30,447 nucleotides of DNA from Kiritimatiellia bacterium. GTDB taxonomy: Bacteria; Verrucomicrobiota; Kiritimatiellia; SLAD01. Shown in pieces: positions 1 through 8,684 of this stretch; the stretch's first letter is position 1, and every line of letters begins with the position of its first letter. Made by a program: the position numbers and the translations under genes. The stretch is from NCBI GenBank assembly GCA_007126995.1, contig SLAD01000341.1:1-30447 (forward strand), written 5' to 3'. The notes beneath the pieces were generated by a model, which saw only the letters and a program-made list of their open reading frames with translations, made no database searches and was not told the origin of the DNA.

Positions 1-181
1 AGCTCGGAACTTATCCAGAAAACAACTCGCGGGAAGTATGCGGTGAAGCAAACGGACAATGACGAATGAGCCCCTTTTTTGCTTTTCCCGCATTAGTCAG
101 CCTACTATTGTCCCCTCTGTTGTATTGTGAAATCAAGCGGCCCAGTCGAGGGATCGCTTACAAAGGACTGGTTAGCTGAAA

Positions 182-1120
182 ATGAGTCGTTGTGTAGTCA
201 CCGGCGCCGCCGGATTTGTCGGATCGCATCTCGCCGAAGCGTTAATCGCGCGTGGACACGAGGTGATCGGCTTGGACGCGTTCATCCCCTACTATCCCCG
301 CCCCTTGAAGGAGCGTAATTTAGAGGGCCTGCGCACATCGACTCAGTTTACCTTTCATGAAACGGATCTCCGCACCGCCGAACTGCAATCGTTGATCGAG
401 GGCGCTGACGCCGTTTTTCATCTGGCAGCCATGGCCGGACTCATGCGGAGCTGGAGCGACTTCAATCTCTACGCGTCCTGCAACGCCGAAGGCACGCAGC
501 GTCTCCTCGAAGCCGCCCGCGAAGTGGACGTACCGCATTTCCTCTATGTTTCCACCTCGAGCGTCTATGGCAAAGAGGCCACGGGCGCGGAAGACTCGCC
601 CCTTGTCCCCTTCTCCCCGTACGGCATTACCAAGCTGGCCGGCGAACAGCTTTGCCGCGCTTATGAGGCAAACTTTCAACTTCCGATCACCATCTTGCGC
701 TATTTCTCGGTCTATGGGCCGCGACAACGACCGGACATGGCCTACAACATTCTGATCCGCTCCTTACTAAATGGCGCGCCCTTCACGATGTTCGGCGATG
801 GCGAGCAAACGCGTAGCAACACCTATTGTCTGGACGGTGTCGAGGCCACGATCCTGGCATTCGAAAAGCGTGACGCGGCACTGGGCGAAACCTTCAATGT
901 CGGCGGTGGCGAAACCGTCTCACTGAATGCGGTGCGCGAAATGCTGGAAGACCTGATGGGCAAGAAGATCGAAGTCGACCGCAAGCCCCCGCGGCCGGGT
1001 GACCAAAAGCACACCGCCGCCAACATCGACAAGGCGCGTCGGTTGTTGGGCTACAACCCTACCACGAAGGTCTACGATGGCCTAAAAGCCCAGATCGCGT
1101 GGCAAGAAGCGATGCCCTAA
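182..1120 (+). CDS. NAD-dependent nucleotide-sugar epimerase/dehydratase (extended SDR, UDP-glucuronate/UDP-glucose 4-epimerase-like)
   Basis: 312 aa ORF with TGAAGFVG Rossmann motif, STSSVYG, catalytic YGITK (YxxxK) and [16 protein letters not shown], typical of the WbmG/CapI-like subgroup. Exact substrate cannot be determined. Confidence 0.92.
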   Translation: MSRCVVTGAAGFVGSHLAEALIARGHEVIGLDAFIPYYPRPLKERNLEGLRTSTQFTFHETDLRTAELQSLIEGADAVFHLAAMAGLMRSWSDFNLYASCNAEGTQRLLEAAREVDVPHFLYVSTSSVYGKEATGAEDSPLVPFSPYGITKLAGEQLCRAYEANFQLPITILRYFSVYGPRQRPDMAYNILIRSLLNGAPFTMFGDGEQTRSNTYCLDGVEATILAFEKRDAALGETFNVGGGETVSLNAVREMLEDLMGKKIEVDRKPPRPGDQKHTAANIDKARRLLGYNPTTKVYDGLKAQIAWQEAMP

Positions 1121-1143
1121 TCCATACTTTTCCTGCTGAATCC

Positions 1144-1182
1144 TTGCACGCGCGCCAAATCCGGACTAAATTTGTCGGAATT
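1144..1182 (+). promoter_or_regulatory. Putative sigma70 promoter (TTGCAC-17-TAAATT) overlapped by an Rrf2/IscR-like imperfect palindrome (GAC-N7-GTC core)
   Basis: TTGCAC 1144-1149 and TAAATT 1167-1172. AATCCGGACTAAATTTGTCGGAATT at 1158-1182 has dyad symmetry. An extra GACTAAAT lies at 1191-1198, and the SD GGAGG precedes ATG 1210. Confidence 0.5.
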
Positions 1183-1209
1183 AAAAAGCTGACTAAATGG
1201 AGGAAACCC

Positions 1210-1728
1210 ATGGCAACACTGAACATTAATAAAAACACGGTTATGAGTGATTTAATCGCCGCTTATCCCGGTGCACGGCGCGCCCTGTTCAAAGGGTTCC
1301 ATGTCGGCGGCTGTCAGAGTTGCGGCTTTGCGGAGACCGATACCATCACCGATGTGGCGACCAAGCATGACAAGGATGCGCAGGCGATGGTGTCCTATAT
1401 CCAGGATGCGCATCAACGCGAGGCGGCACTGTTGATCTCGCCGCAAGACGCGCTGGCGATGTTTCGCAATGGCAGCGGGTCGCGCATGATCGACCTGCGC
1501 TCACCCGGGGAATACGAGGCAAGCCACATCGAAGGCGCGGAACCGATCAGCGAATCATTTGCCGAGGAAATCATGACCTGGCCGAAAGATTCCAGCATCA
1601 TCCTCTACTGCCAGGACGGACAGGGCAGCATGAACGCAGCGGCGTACATGAGCGATTACGGCTTCACCCGCGTGCAGTGCGTTGACGGCGGTTATCCCGC
1701 ACTCGCGGCTGCGCATGGTGCAGCGTAG
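1210..1728 (+). CDS. Rhodanese-domain protein with N-terminal DUF1858-like (GGCxxCG) domain
   Basis: Start moved to ATG 1210 behind SD GGAGG (172 aa). N-terminal FHVGGCQSCGF motif. C-terminal rhodanese fold with IDLRSPGEYEASHIEGA, LYCQDGQGS (active-site Cys) and VDGG. Confidence 0.8.
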   Translation: MATLNINKNTVMSDLIAAYPGARRALFKGFHVGGCQSCGFAETDTITDVATKHDKDAQAMVSYIQDAHQREAALLISPQDALAMFRNGSGSRMIDLRSPGEYEASHIEGAEPISESFAEEIMTWPKDSSIILYCQDGQGSMNAAAYMSDYGFTRVQCVDGGYPALAAAHGAA

Positions 1729-1827
1729 GCCACTTCCGATCCCACTCTTCGCCCTGCGCGTTTGCTCATACCTACCCGCTATGCGATCGTTGGTCTTCAA
1801 GCAGCTGATTGAGCAACCTGTCCGCGG

Positions 1828-2640
1828 TCAGCGCATTTCTTGCCCGCCGGTAACGTTGATGGCCTGCCCGGTCATGTACGACGCCGTGTCGGAGGCCAGG
1901 AACAGTACGACGTTGCCGATATCCTCGTAGGTGCAGCCGCGTTGCAGCGGGACTTGTTTGATATAATGTTGCCGCACATCTTCAATCGATTGGGCGCCGG
2001 GCACTTTGCCGGCTTTGAAATACTGCACGAAGAGGCCCTGATCAGGATCGGTCCATAACGGCGATTCCAGCAAGTTGCCGGGACAGACCGCATTCACGCG
2101 CACGCCGTACGGAGCCATTTCGAGCGCGGCGCTTTGCACCAGACCGATTCCGCCAAACTTGCTCGCGGCATACGCGGAGTTCGCCGCACTACCCTTTTTC
2201 CCCGACTTGGAATTGATCTGAATAATGGCACCCGATCGCTGCTCCTTCATTTGGCGGCAGGCATGCTTGAGGGTCAAAAACTGGCCGAACAAGTTCACGT
2301 TCATGACGGCGCGCCATTTTTCGGCGTCGGCGGTATCAATCGGTTCGGCGATCAAAATGGCGGCGTTGGCAACGACCAGATCGACGCGCCCGAATTCTTG
2401 CACGGTTTCGGCGAATAGCCGTTCGACGTCCGCCTCCTTCGTCACGTCCCCGGCCACGGCCAGTGTGGATTGTCCCGTCTTCTTCGCCACATCGGCGACC
2501 GTCGCCTGCACAGCGTCACTTTTCAAATCGAATACGGAGACGGCATACCCTTCACGGGCCAACCGTTCCGTCAGCGCAGCACCCAATCCCTGTGCGCCGC
2601 CGGTGACAATGGCCACTTTATCTTTTCCTGCATCGGTCAT
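1828..2640 (-). CDS. srlD: Sorbitol(hexitol)-6-phosphate dehydrogenase-like short-chain dehydrogenase
   Basis: Start at ATG 2640 by ATGA overlap with the upstream stop (270 aa). TGGAQGLG, NSKSGKKGS, catalytic YAASK, CPGNLL and C-terminal YMTGQAINVTGGQEM match SrlD/SorD. True substrate is unproven. Confidence 0.8.
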   Translation of the reverse strand: MTDAGKDKVAIVTGGAQGLGAALTERLAREGYAVSVFDLKSDAVQATVADVAKKTGQSTLAVAGDVTKEADVERLFAETVQEFGRVDLVVANAAILIAEPIDTADAEKWRAVMNVNLFGQFLTLKHACRQMKEQRSGAIIQINSKSGKKGSAANSAYAASKFGGIGLVQSAALEMAPYGVRVNAVCPGNLLESPLWTDPDQGLFVQYFKAGKVPGAQSIEDVRQHYIKQVPLQRGCTYEDIGNVVLFLASDTASYMTGQAINVTGGQEMR

Positions 2641-4202
2641 GGCTGTTCTCCAAATGACTTCAACAACGCCCGCTCCGCCTCTTTCGTCCATACGCCGTCT
2701 TGTAAGTGTTGTGCCACGTCCGGGTAGGCTTCGGCGAGTTCTGTCAGGCGCGTTAGTTTCAAGCCGCGACAAGCCGGGTAGACCAGTATTTTGCCAGGGA
2801 TCGTCTGATGCTCCACGGCACGGATGCCGTCCACCGCACCGTCGAGACCGCTGATCGCCGCCACAGAGAGATTCGTGTCGAGCTGACGCTGAGTGACTTT
2901 CGAGAGCACGATCTTCATGTCCTCGATCGTGCTACCGCTGGTGCCAATGAAGTAGGCTTGGCGCTCGATATAGCTATCGAGATCAAGCGGATGCGTCACC
3001 TCCGCCGGGATGCCGGCGAAGATGTTGATGATGGCTTTGGGCGCCGCCTGCTCCACCGCTTGGGCCACGAGGCCGGGCACGGGCACCATCAGGGCGATGA
3101 CGTTGAACGGTCCGGGCGGAGCGTCGGTTTTCGCATTGTACCCGCGGTAGCCGACGCCATTGGCGGCGGCCAAGGGCTCGGCGAGCTTACTCAACTGGGC
3201 CAGTCGCTCGTCGCTCATGTCGCCGGCGTACACCGTGATGCCCTGCACGCCTTGGCACAGGTTGCGGATGACGTGCATCGTGCCCATCGGGCCGGCGGCG
3301 CCTACCACGTTGATGGCGTCGCCCGCGCGGATTTCGCCGTTTTCCGGGATGGCGGCATAGCCTGCATCCGGATCGGAACCGGTGGTCCCGGTGATGCGCA
3401 CGCCGCCGTAATGGATCCGGCCAACCGGCGTGACAACCGGACGCCCGAACGTCTCGCCGCGCTGCACGATATTGATGAGCGCATGCTTGGCCAGCTTCGG
3501 GAAGACCGCCTCCAGCAGATCGGCGTCAGCGCCAAGAAAGATGACATCGTCGAGCGACTCCGCCGGGATCCGGTCCAGCGCTGAGCGATCATATGCGGAT
3601 GAATCCACAGTCAGCACGCAGCCACCCTCGCGAGGCGCCCGCCGTTCGCGAACCACGTACGAGTCTTCGACGCAGGCCCACGGTTCCACCAAGGCGATGG
3701 CCGAGGCGGAAAGATCCTCGGCGGCCGGGATCAGCATCGACTCGCCGTTCGGTGAAGTGATTACGCGCTCATCCATCAGCACATACTCCTGCAGTCCGCC
3801 CTCGAAATTATATCCGAAGGCCGCGTTGGAGTTGGCTGTCCTCAACCAGCGATAATCCGTTTGCACAAGGCGCCGGTCGCCGGGTTGCACGCCGTGTACT
3901 TGATCGCCGACGGCCACCACGCGCACAACCGTTTCATGACCGGGCACCGCCGGTTTCTGGTCCGGCACATAGCTGGGGATTTCGTTTAGGGTGGCCTGAT
4001 CCAGGATCGTGACCACGGGGGATTTGCGCACATGTGCGTCAAACTGCTTCAGCAGTTTGAGGTCCGAAAAGCAGAGGCCGGTGACTTCGATCCGGGCAAG
4101 AATTTGATGCGGTCCGGGCTGCGGAATAGTCTTCTGTTCATTCAGTTCGAGCGTGTCCGGGCCGGTTAGTTGTACCGCGCGTTGGTGTGAAGGTACCGTC
4201 AT
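2637..4202 (-). CDS. Zn-dependent medium-chain dehydrogenase, L-sorbose-1-phosphate reductase (SorE)-like, with internal extra domain
   Basis: Start at ATG 4202 by ATGA overlap (521 aa). GLCFSD and PGHE catalytic-Zn ligands, FGYNFEGGLQEY, EPWACV and VGAAGPMG. No four-Cys structural-Zn lobe. Confidence 0.8.
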   Translation of the reverse strand: MTVPSHQRAVQLTGPDTLELNEQKTIPQPGPHQILARIEVTGLCFSDLKLLKQFDAHVRKSPVVTILDQATLNEIPSYVPDQKPAVPGHETVVRVVAVGDQVHGVQPGDRRLVQTDYRWLRTANSNAAFGYNFEGGLQEYVLMDERVITSPNGESMLIPAAEDLSASAIALVEPWACVEDSYVVRERRAPREGGCVLTVDSSAYDRSALDRIPAESLDDVIFLGADADLLEAVFPKLAKHALINIVQRGETFGRPVVTPVGRIHYGGVRITGTTGSDPDAGYAAIPENGEIRAGDAINVVGAAGPMGTMHVIRNLCQGVQGITVYAGDMSDERLAQLSKLAEPLAAANGVGYRGYNAKTDAPPGPFNVIALMVPVPGLVAQAVEQAAPKAIINIFAGIPAEVTHPLDLDSYIERQAYFIGTSGSTIEDMKIVLSKVTQRQLDTNLSVAAISGLDGAVDGIRAVEHQTIPGKILVYPACRGLKLTRLTELAEAYPDVAQHLQDGVWTKEAERALLKSFGEQP

Positions 4203-5473
4203 GATCGTGCCCTCGATAAGGCAATTGGTTTGCCGGGTGCAGTGGTGCGGCCGATTTCCTCGAAATAGGCGTTTCGTTCCCGGCGATCCGGGAAATTGTG
4301 GCATGCCCATTCGCTCATGTAGCCCCAGCCGTATTGACGCTGCATTAACGTGTGCGCGTACACGATATAGGCGCTCTTCAGAAAGAGGGGCAGATGAGGA
4401 GCAAGCTCCTCCGATGCGAAGTCATCGACGAACCGTTGGCCCGGCGCATTCATCTCTGTGCCCACGAGGACGGGCAGGTCACGGCTTCCGGCGAGCGCGA
4501 TAATGTTCTTCAGGTTCGCGAGTTTCTGGTCCTTCACGCCCGGCGTGAAATTTCGGTCGGGGATAATGTTGATGGCAGACACGCCGGAGGACATCGCTAT
4601 ATCCAACCATTCCTCCATGCGTTGTTCACCCTCCGATTCGCCGTCCAGCCAGGCCAAGGTCGGGATGCCACCGGCGCGCAGGACGAATGCATTCATGGCG
4701 TCCAGGGAGGGAAATGAACGAGCCTCCGGAGCTACGTAACCGACGCCGCCCCGCTTCATCGTGCGCGCTCGTATCCGGTCCAGCAGTCGACTCGCGTCTG
4801 GCAAATCTTCGGCGGACACGTCCTCGCCCAGCTTGTCGCTCCAGAACGCTTGCAAGTCGGACATCGCAGCGAATTGGTCTGCCGCGCGGCGCGCATAGGC
4901 GCGGGAAATGTGACGCTCCGTCGCGTTTTGCCGCGGCGTCATAGGTAACACATCGTGAACATAATCGATTTCGACCGGGGACAGGTAGGCGTTAACGCGT
5001 TCGATCAATTCCCGGTTGCGCTGGCCCGCCCTGCGCAGCAGCTCCTGCAAAAAGTGTTCCTCATCGGGGCCAATGGATCGCTGGGGCATGCCGACCCCCA
5101 TATGATACGCGATGCCCGGCTCGCCCGGTGAATTGATGACGGAGCCGGCCAAGCGCGGCACGTGAACGCGCGATTCGATGCCCGCACAGACGCGCAGCTT
5201 CAGTAGCCGCCCCGCCTCCAGAAATTCCTCCAGCCCGTCCAGCACGTCAAAGTCAACAAGGCCAGCCACCTGCAACCCTTCGCAGCGAGCGCGCCAAGCA
5301 ATCGCGGCAGGCGAATAATCCTCCGCATTAAACGAGTAGAAGGTGTGCAGGTGTAGATTGACCGCATCCCGGTCTGGATATTCGTCATCAACGATGCGAC
5401 GGGACAACTCGGCGAGCGCCTCCCGTCTCACCTCGGGATCGAAACTATTCAGTTGTGCAATCCACTCACTCAT
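4199..5473 (-). CDS. PHP-domain (metal-binding barrel) protein of unknown function
   Basis: Likely start ATG 5473 (424 aa); the longer track ORF runs antisense into deoR. HLHTFYS (HxH), GLVDFD, GIES and AYHMG motifs. Short HEAT-like N-terminal helix pair. Coupled to the two dehydrogenases by ATGA overlaps. Confidence 0.75.
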   Translation of the reverse strand: MSEWIAQLNSFDPEVRREALAELSRRIVDDEYPDRDAVNLHLHTFYSFNAEDYSPAAIAWRARCEGLQVAGLVDFDVLDGLEEFLEAGRLLKLRVCAGIESRVHVPRLAGSVINSPGEPGIAYHMGVGMPQRSIGPDEEHFLQELLRRAGQRNRELIERVNAYLSPVEIDYVHDVLPMTPRQNATERHISRAYARRAADQFAAMSDLQAFWSDKLGEDVSAEDLPDASRLLDRIRARTMKRGGVGYVAPEARSFPSLDAMNAFVLRAGGIPTLAWLDGESEGEQRMEEWLDIAMSSGVSAINIIPDRNFTPGVKDQKLANLKNIIALAGSRDLPVLVGTEMNAPGQRFVDDFASEELAPHLPLFLKSAYIVYAHTLMQRQYGWGYMSEWACHNFPDRRERNAYFEEIGRTTAPGKPIALSRARS

Positions 5474-5593
5474 AATGATGAAGGACGATAATATACCAAC
5501 CGAACAAATGCAATCGGAAATAAACAAAGAATATTTTAGTTGCTTTGATGCCCGAATTGTGGGAGCGTAGGTCGAATGCGGGGGAGGCAAACT
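5474..5593. promoter_or_regulatory. AT-rich divergent control region between PHP operon and deoR-kinase operon
   Basis: 120-bp intergenic gap, clearly more AT-rich than the flanking genes. AACAAA occurs at 5503 and 5523 (20-bp spacing). SD GGGAGG precedes ATG 5594. Confidence 0.6.
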
Positions 5594-6406
5594 ATGTTGG
5601 CATTGCAGAGACAGCGCGAAATCTTGAGGCTGATCGAACAGGAGGGCGCGGTGCGGGTAGCGAACCTCGCGCGTCGGTTTAAGGTCACCGAGGAAACCAT
5701 TCGTCGCGATCTTACCACGCTCGAGAATACCGGACGTGTGACGCGCAGTCACGGCGGCGCTGTGCTCTCGCTATCGTCGCGGCTTGAGGTGCCGCACCAG
5801 CAGCGCGAGGTACTCAACAAGGCGGAGAAGATCCGGATTGCCAACGAGGCCGTGCAGCGCGTTAGCCGGGGCGACGCCCTGCTCTTGGATGCAAGCTCGT
5901 CCGCGCTGTTTCTGGCCCAGCAATTGCCCGATATGCCATTGACCGTGCTCACCAACTCCGTCGCCGTTGTGAACACCCTGGCAGATTACAAACGCATCAA
6001 GCTGATCGGGGTGGGCGGCACGTTTGCGCCGATGACGATGTCATTCGTCGGACCCTCCGCCCTCAACAGCTTGAAGGAGTATCATGTCGACAAGCTCTTC
6101 TTTTCGTGCCGCGGACTCGATGTGGGACGGGGATTGAGCGATTCCAGCGAAGCCACCGCCCAGGTCAAGCAACAGATGTTACAGATTGCGGATCAGCGCA
6201 TTTTGTTGGCGGACCACAGCAAGTTCGGCGTGCGCGCGCTGGCGGTGATCGCCGATCTAAGCGCGATCACGGAACTGATCACGGATGATCGCGCGGATGC
6301 GCAGCAGTGCGAAATCATACAAAAGCTGGGCGTGCCGGTAACGCAGACGCAAACCGTCGCCCCCGACCCGTTGCCGGACGCCGCGCCGGATTATGCGAAC
6401 ACCTGA
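5594..6406 (+). CDS. DeoR/GlpR-family transcriptional regulator (copy 1)
   Basis: Start ATG 5594 with SD (270 aa). HTH VTEETIRRDL, SHGGA, LDASSS, VLTNS and LADHSKFG. Confidence 0.95.
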   Translation: MLALQRQREILRLIEQEGAVRVANLARRFKVTEETIRRDLTTLENTGRVTRSHGGAVLSLSSRLEVPHQQREVLNKAEKIRIANEAVQRVSRGDALLLDASSSALFLAQQLPDMPLTVLTNSVAVVNTLADYKRIKLIGVGGTFAPMTMSFVGPSALNSLKEYHVDKLFFSCRGLDVGRGLSDSSEATAQVKQQMLQIADQRILLADHSKFGVRALAVIADLSAITELITDDRADAQQCEIIQKLGVPVTQTQTVAPDPLPDAAPDYANT

Positions 6407-6433
6407 GAGACGAACTTCGAAAGGAGCGTTCTG

Positions 6434-7927
6434 ATGCCGGACCGCAAGAAAAAGAATTATGTCGCCTTGGATTTGGGCGCGGGGAGTGGGCGCGCGATAC
6501 TGGGCTCGTTTGACGGAGAGCGCTTGAGTCTGGAAGAGGCGCATCGCTTTCCCAATGATCCCGTATCGTTGCCCGACGGGTTGCATTGGGATGTCTTAAG
6601 GCTGTTCTCGGACATGAAGCAGGGGCTGATCAAGGCAGCGGGCATGGCGGACGGACCGATTGACGGCATCGCCGTGGATACGTGGGGGGTTGATTACGCA
6701 TTGCTCGACGACGAAGGGCGTCTTTTGGGCAATCCGCATCATTATCGCGACGCGCGCACGGACGGCATGCTGGAGGAGGCGTTCCGGCGCATGCCGCGCG
6801 AGGAGATATTCGCGTCCACGGGGCTGCAGTTCATGCAGATCAATACCGCCTTTCAACTCTTGTCCCAAGTGTTGCAGCAGGACCCTGCGCTGAAGACGGC
6901 AGAGCGATTACTGATGACGCCCGATTTGTTTCACTATTGGCTGACGGGGCGACAGGTCGCGGAGCGCACGATTGCCAGCACGAGTCAGTGCTACAACCCC
7001 GCACAAGACGAGTGGGCGCAGGATGTGATCGAAAAGCTCGGGCTTCCTCTCAAGATTTTCCCTGAGATCGTGTCGCCGGGCACCGTATTGGGGCCGCTAC
7101 GCGCGGACGTGGTCAGCGAGACGGGGCTCGCCGATACCCCCGTGATTGCGGTGGGTTGTCACGACACCGCCAGCGCGGTGGCGGCCGTGCCGTTGGCGGG
7201 CGCGGGCGAAGCGTATTTGAGTTCCGGCACGTGGTCGCTGCTTGGCGTCGAGGTGCCCGCACCGGTGATTGATGAGAACAGTCTGAAGTACAACTTTACG
7301 AATGAGGCCGGCGTCGCCGACACGATTCGCTTGCTGAAAAACATCACTGGCTTGTGGCTGACACAAGAATTACGGCGCGTGTGGAATGCGGAAGGTGAGT
7401 CTCTCAGCTTTGAGGACTTGGCGGAACTGGCGCAATCGGCAGAGCCGTTTGCTCATTTCATTGATCCCGACGACCCCGTCTTCCTGGCGCCGGGCGACAT
7501 GGTCCCGCGCATCGCGGAGTTTTGTCGCCGAACCGGACAGCCGGAGCCGACCACGCGCGGCGCGATTTTGCGCACCGCCTACGAGAGTTTGGCTTTCAAG
7601 TATCGCTGGGTGTTGGATCTACTGGAGAAACTGACCGGCGAAACCCTGCACACGATTCACGTGGTGGGCGGAGGCAGCCGCAATGCCGCCCTGAATCCGT
7701 GGACAGCGTCCGCGACCGGACGCACGGTGCGGATTGGCCCCGGCGAAGCGACGGCAACGGGGAACGTTTTGCTCCAGATGATTGCCACGGGCCAGCTTGC
7801 GTCCGTCGAGGAAGGCCGGGAACTCGTGCGGGCCTCCTTCCCTTCCGAGACCTTTGAGCCACAGGACACGCAGGTTTGGGATGAAGCATACGGTCGATTC
7901 TGCGCCTGCGTGGGGTTGAGTCTGTGA
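6434..7927 (+). CDS. rhaB: Rhamnulokinase-family (FGGY) ketose 1-kinase; may act on L-fuculose given linked fucI
   Basis: 497 aa with DLGAGSGR, IAVDTWGVDY, YRDART, HDTASA, YLSSGTWSL, TNEAG, LKNITGLW and VVGGGSRN. Confidence 0.9.
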   Translation: MPDRKKKNYVALDLGAGSGRAILGSFDGERLSLEEAHRFPNDPVSLPDGLHWDVLRLFSDMKQGLIKAAGMADGPIDGIAVDTWGVDYALLDDEGRLLGNPHHYRDARTDGMLEEAFRRMPREEIFASTGLQFMQINTAFQLLSQVLQQDPALKTAERLLMTPDLFHYWLTGRQVAERTIASTSQCYNPAQDEWAQDVIEKLGLPLKIFPEIVSPGTVLGPLRADVVSETGLADTPVIAVGCHDTASAVAAVPLAGAGEAYLSSGTWSLLGVEVPAPVIDENSLKYNFTNEAGVADTIRLLKNITGLWLTQELRRVWNAEGESLSFEDLAELAQSAEPFAHFIDPDDPVFLAPGDMVPRIAEFCRRTGQPEPTTRGAILRTAYESLAFKYRWVLDLLEKLTGETLHTIHVVGGGSRNAALNPWTASATGRTVRIGPGEATATGNVLLQMIATGQLASVEEGRELVRASFPSETFEPQDTQVWDEAYGRFCACVGLSL

Positions 7928-8565
7928 AGGCGTACATCTTCGACATGGACGGCGTCTTGTGTGATTCGGAAGCCATTCTCGCTGAAGCGGCGTGCCGAGT
8001 GTTTCAGGAACATCACGGGGTTCAGCCGTCGCCCGCCGATTTCTTGCCCTTTGTTGGGGCCGGGCCCGACCGTTACCTGCAGGGCGTAGCGGAGCAGCAC
8101 CGTGTCGAGGCCGTATTGCCCCGGGACAAGGAAGCCATGTATCGCCTCTATGCCGAGCTCGTTCCGGGTCAGCTCCAGCCACTGAATGGCGTGATCGAGT
8201 TTGTACGTGCGGCGCACGCGCAGGGCATTCGGGTGGCGGTGGCCACCAGCGCCGATCCGTTCAAGGTTAAGCTCAATCTGGAGGAGATTGATCTGGATGC
8301 GAAGCTATTGTCGACGATGGTGACAGGCGCGGACGTCACGCGCAAGAAACCGGATCCTGCGATCTTTCTTGAAGCTGCGGCACGAATGGATGTGACTCCG
8401 ACCGACTGTCTGGTTTTCGAGGATGCCGTCAACGGTGTACAGGCGGCGAAGGCGGCGGGGATGCGCTGCATCGGCATCACATCGCTGTTCGACGCCGACA
8501 CCCTGCGCGCGGCCGGCGCAGATGAGACGTGGCCGGACTTCAGCGGGGCCACCCCCGCAGTTTAG
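7924..8565 (+). CDS. HAD-superfamily hydrolase (beta-PGM/hexitol-phosphatase-like)
   Basis: GTG start overlaps the kinase stop (GTGA). FDMDGV (motif I), VATS, KKPDP and FEDAVNGVQAA. Confidence 0.9.
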   Translation: MKAYIFDMDGVLCDSEAILAEAACRVFQEHHGVQPSPADFLPFVGAGPDRYLQGVAEQHRVEAVLPRDKEAMYRLYAELVPGQLQPLNGVIEFVRAAHAQGIRVAVATSADPFKVKLNLEEIDLDAKLLSTMVTGADVTRKKPDPAIFLEAAARMDVTPTDCLVFEDAVNGVQAAKAAGMRCIGITSLFDADTLRAAGADETWPDFSGATPAV

Positions 8566-8631
8566 CAAATCTCCCGACCAGATCATTTAACGCCCGTCGC
8601 GCCCCCTACAGGCAATTCCTGCCAATGGAAG

Positions 8632-8660
8632 TTGACAATTTCATGTCACACGTGTGACAT
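8632..8660 (+). promoter_or_regulatory. Consensus -35 TTGACA followed by perfect 18-bp palindrome ATGTCACACGTGTGACAT (copy 1, putative operator)
   Basis: TTGACA at 8632-8637. The palindrome at 8643-8660 covers the spacer and expected -10 position, 24 bp upstream of the PaaX-like ATG. Confidence 0.7.
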
Positions 8661-8684
8661 TAATTGGGTATTCACGGACCAAGC

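Noticed and set aside
1-69. Open frame SSELIQKTTRGKYAVKQTDNDE* followed by a T-run, possibly the 3' end of an upstream gene and a terminator
   Set aside because: Too short to identify, and there is no convincing stem before the T-run.
1828-4202. Literal sorbose/sorbitol utilisation operon
   Set aside because: No PTS or sorbose-specific genes are present and the isomerase is clearly FucI. The family names are kept only as homology labels.
5474-5752. N-terminal extension of the PHP ORF (track start 5752)
   Set aside because: It overlaps deoR1 antisense and crosses the AT-rich control region. Recognisable protein begins at ATG 5473.
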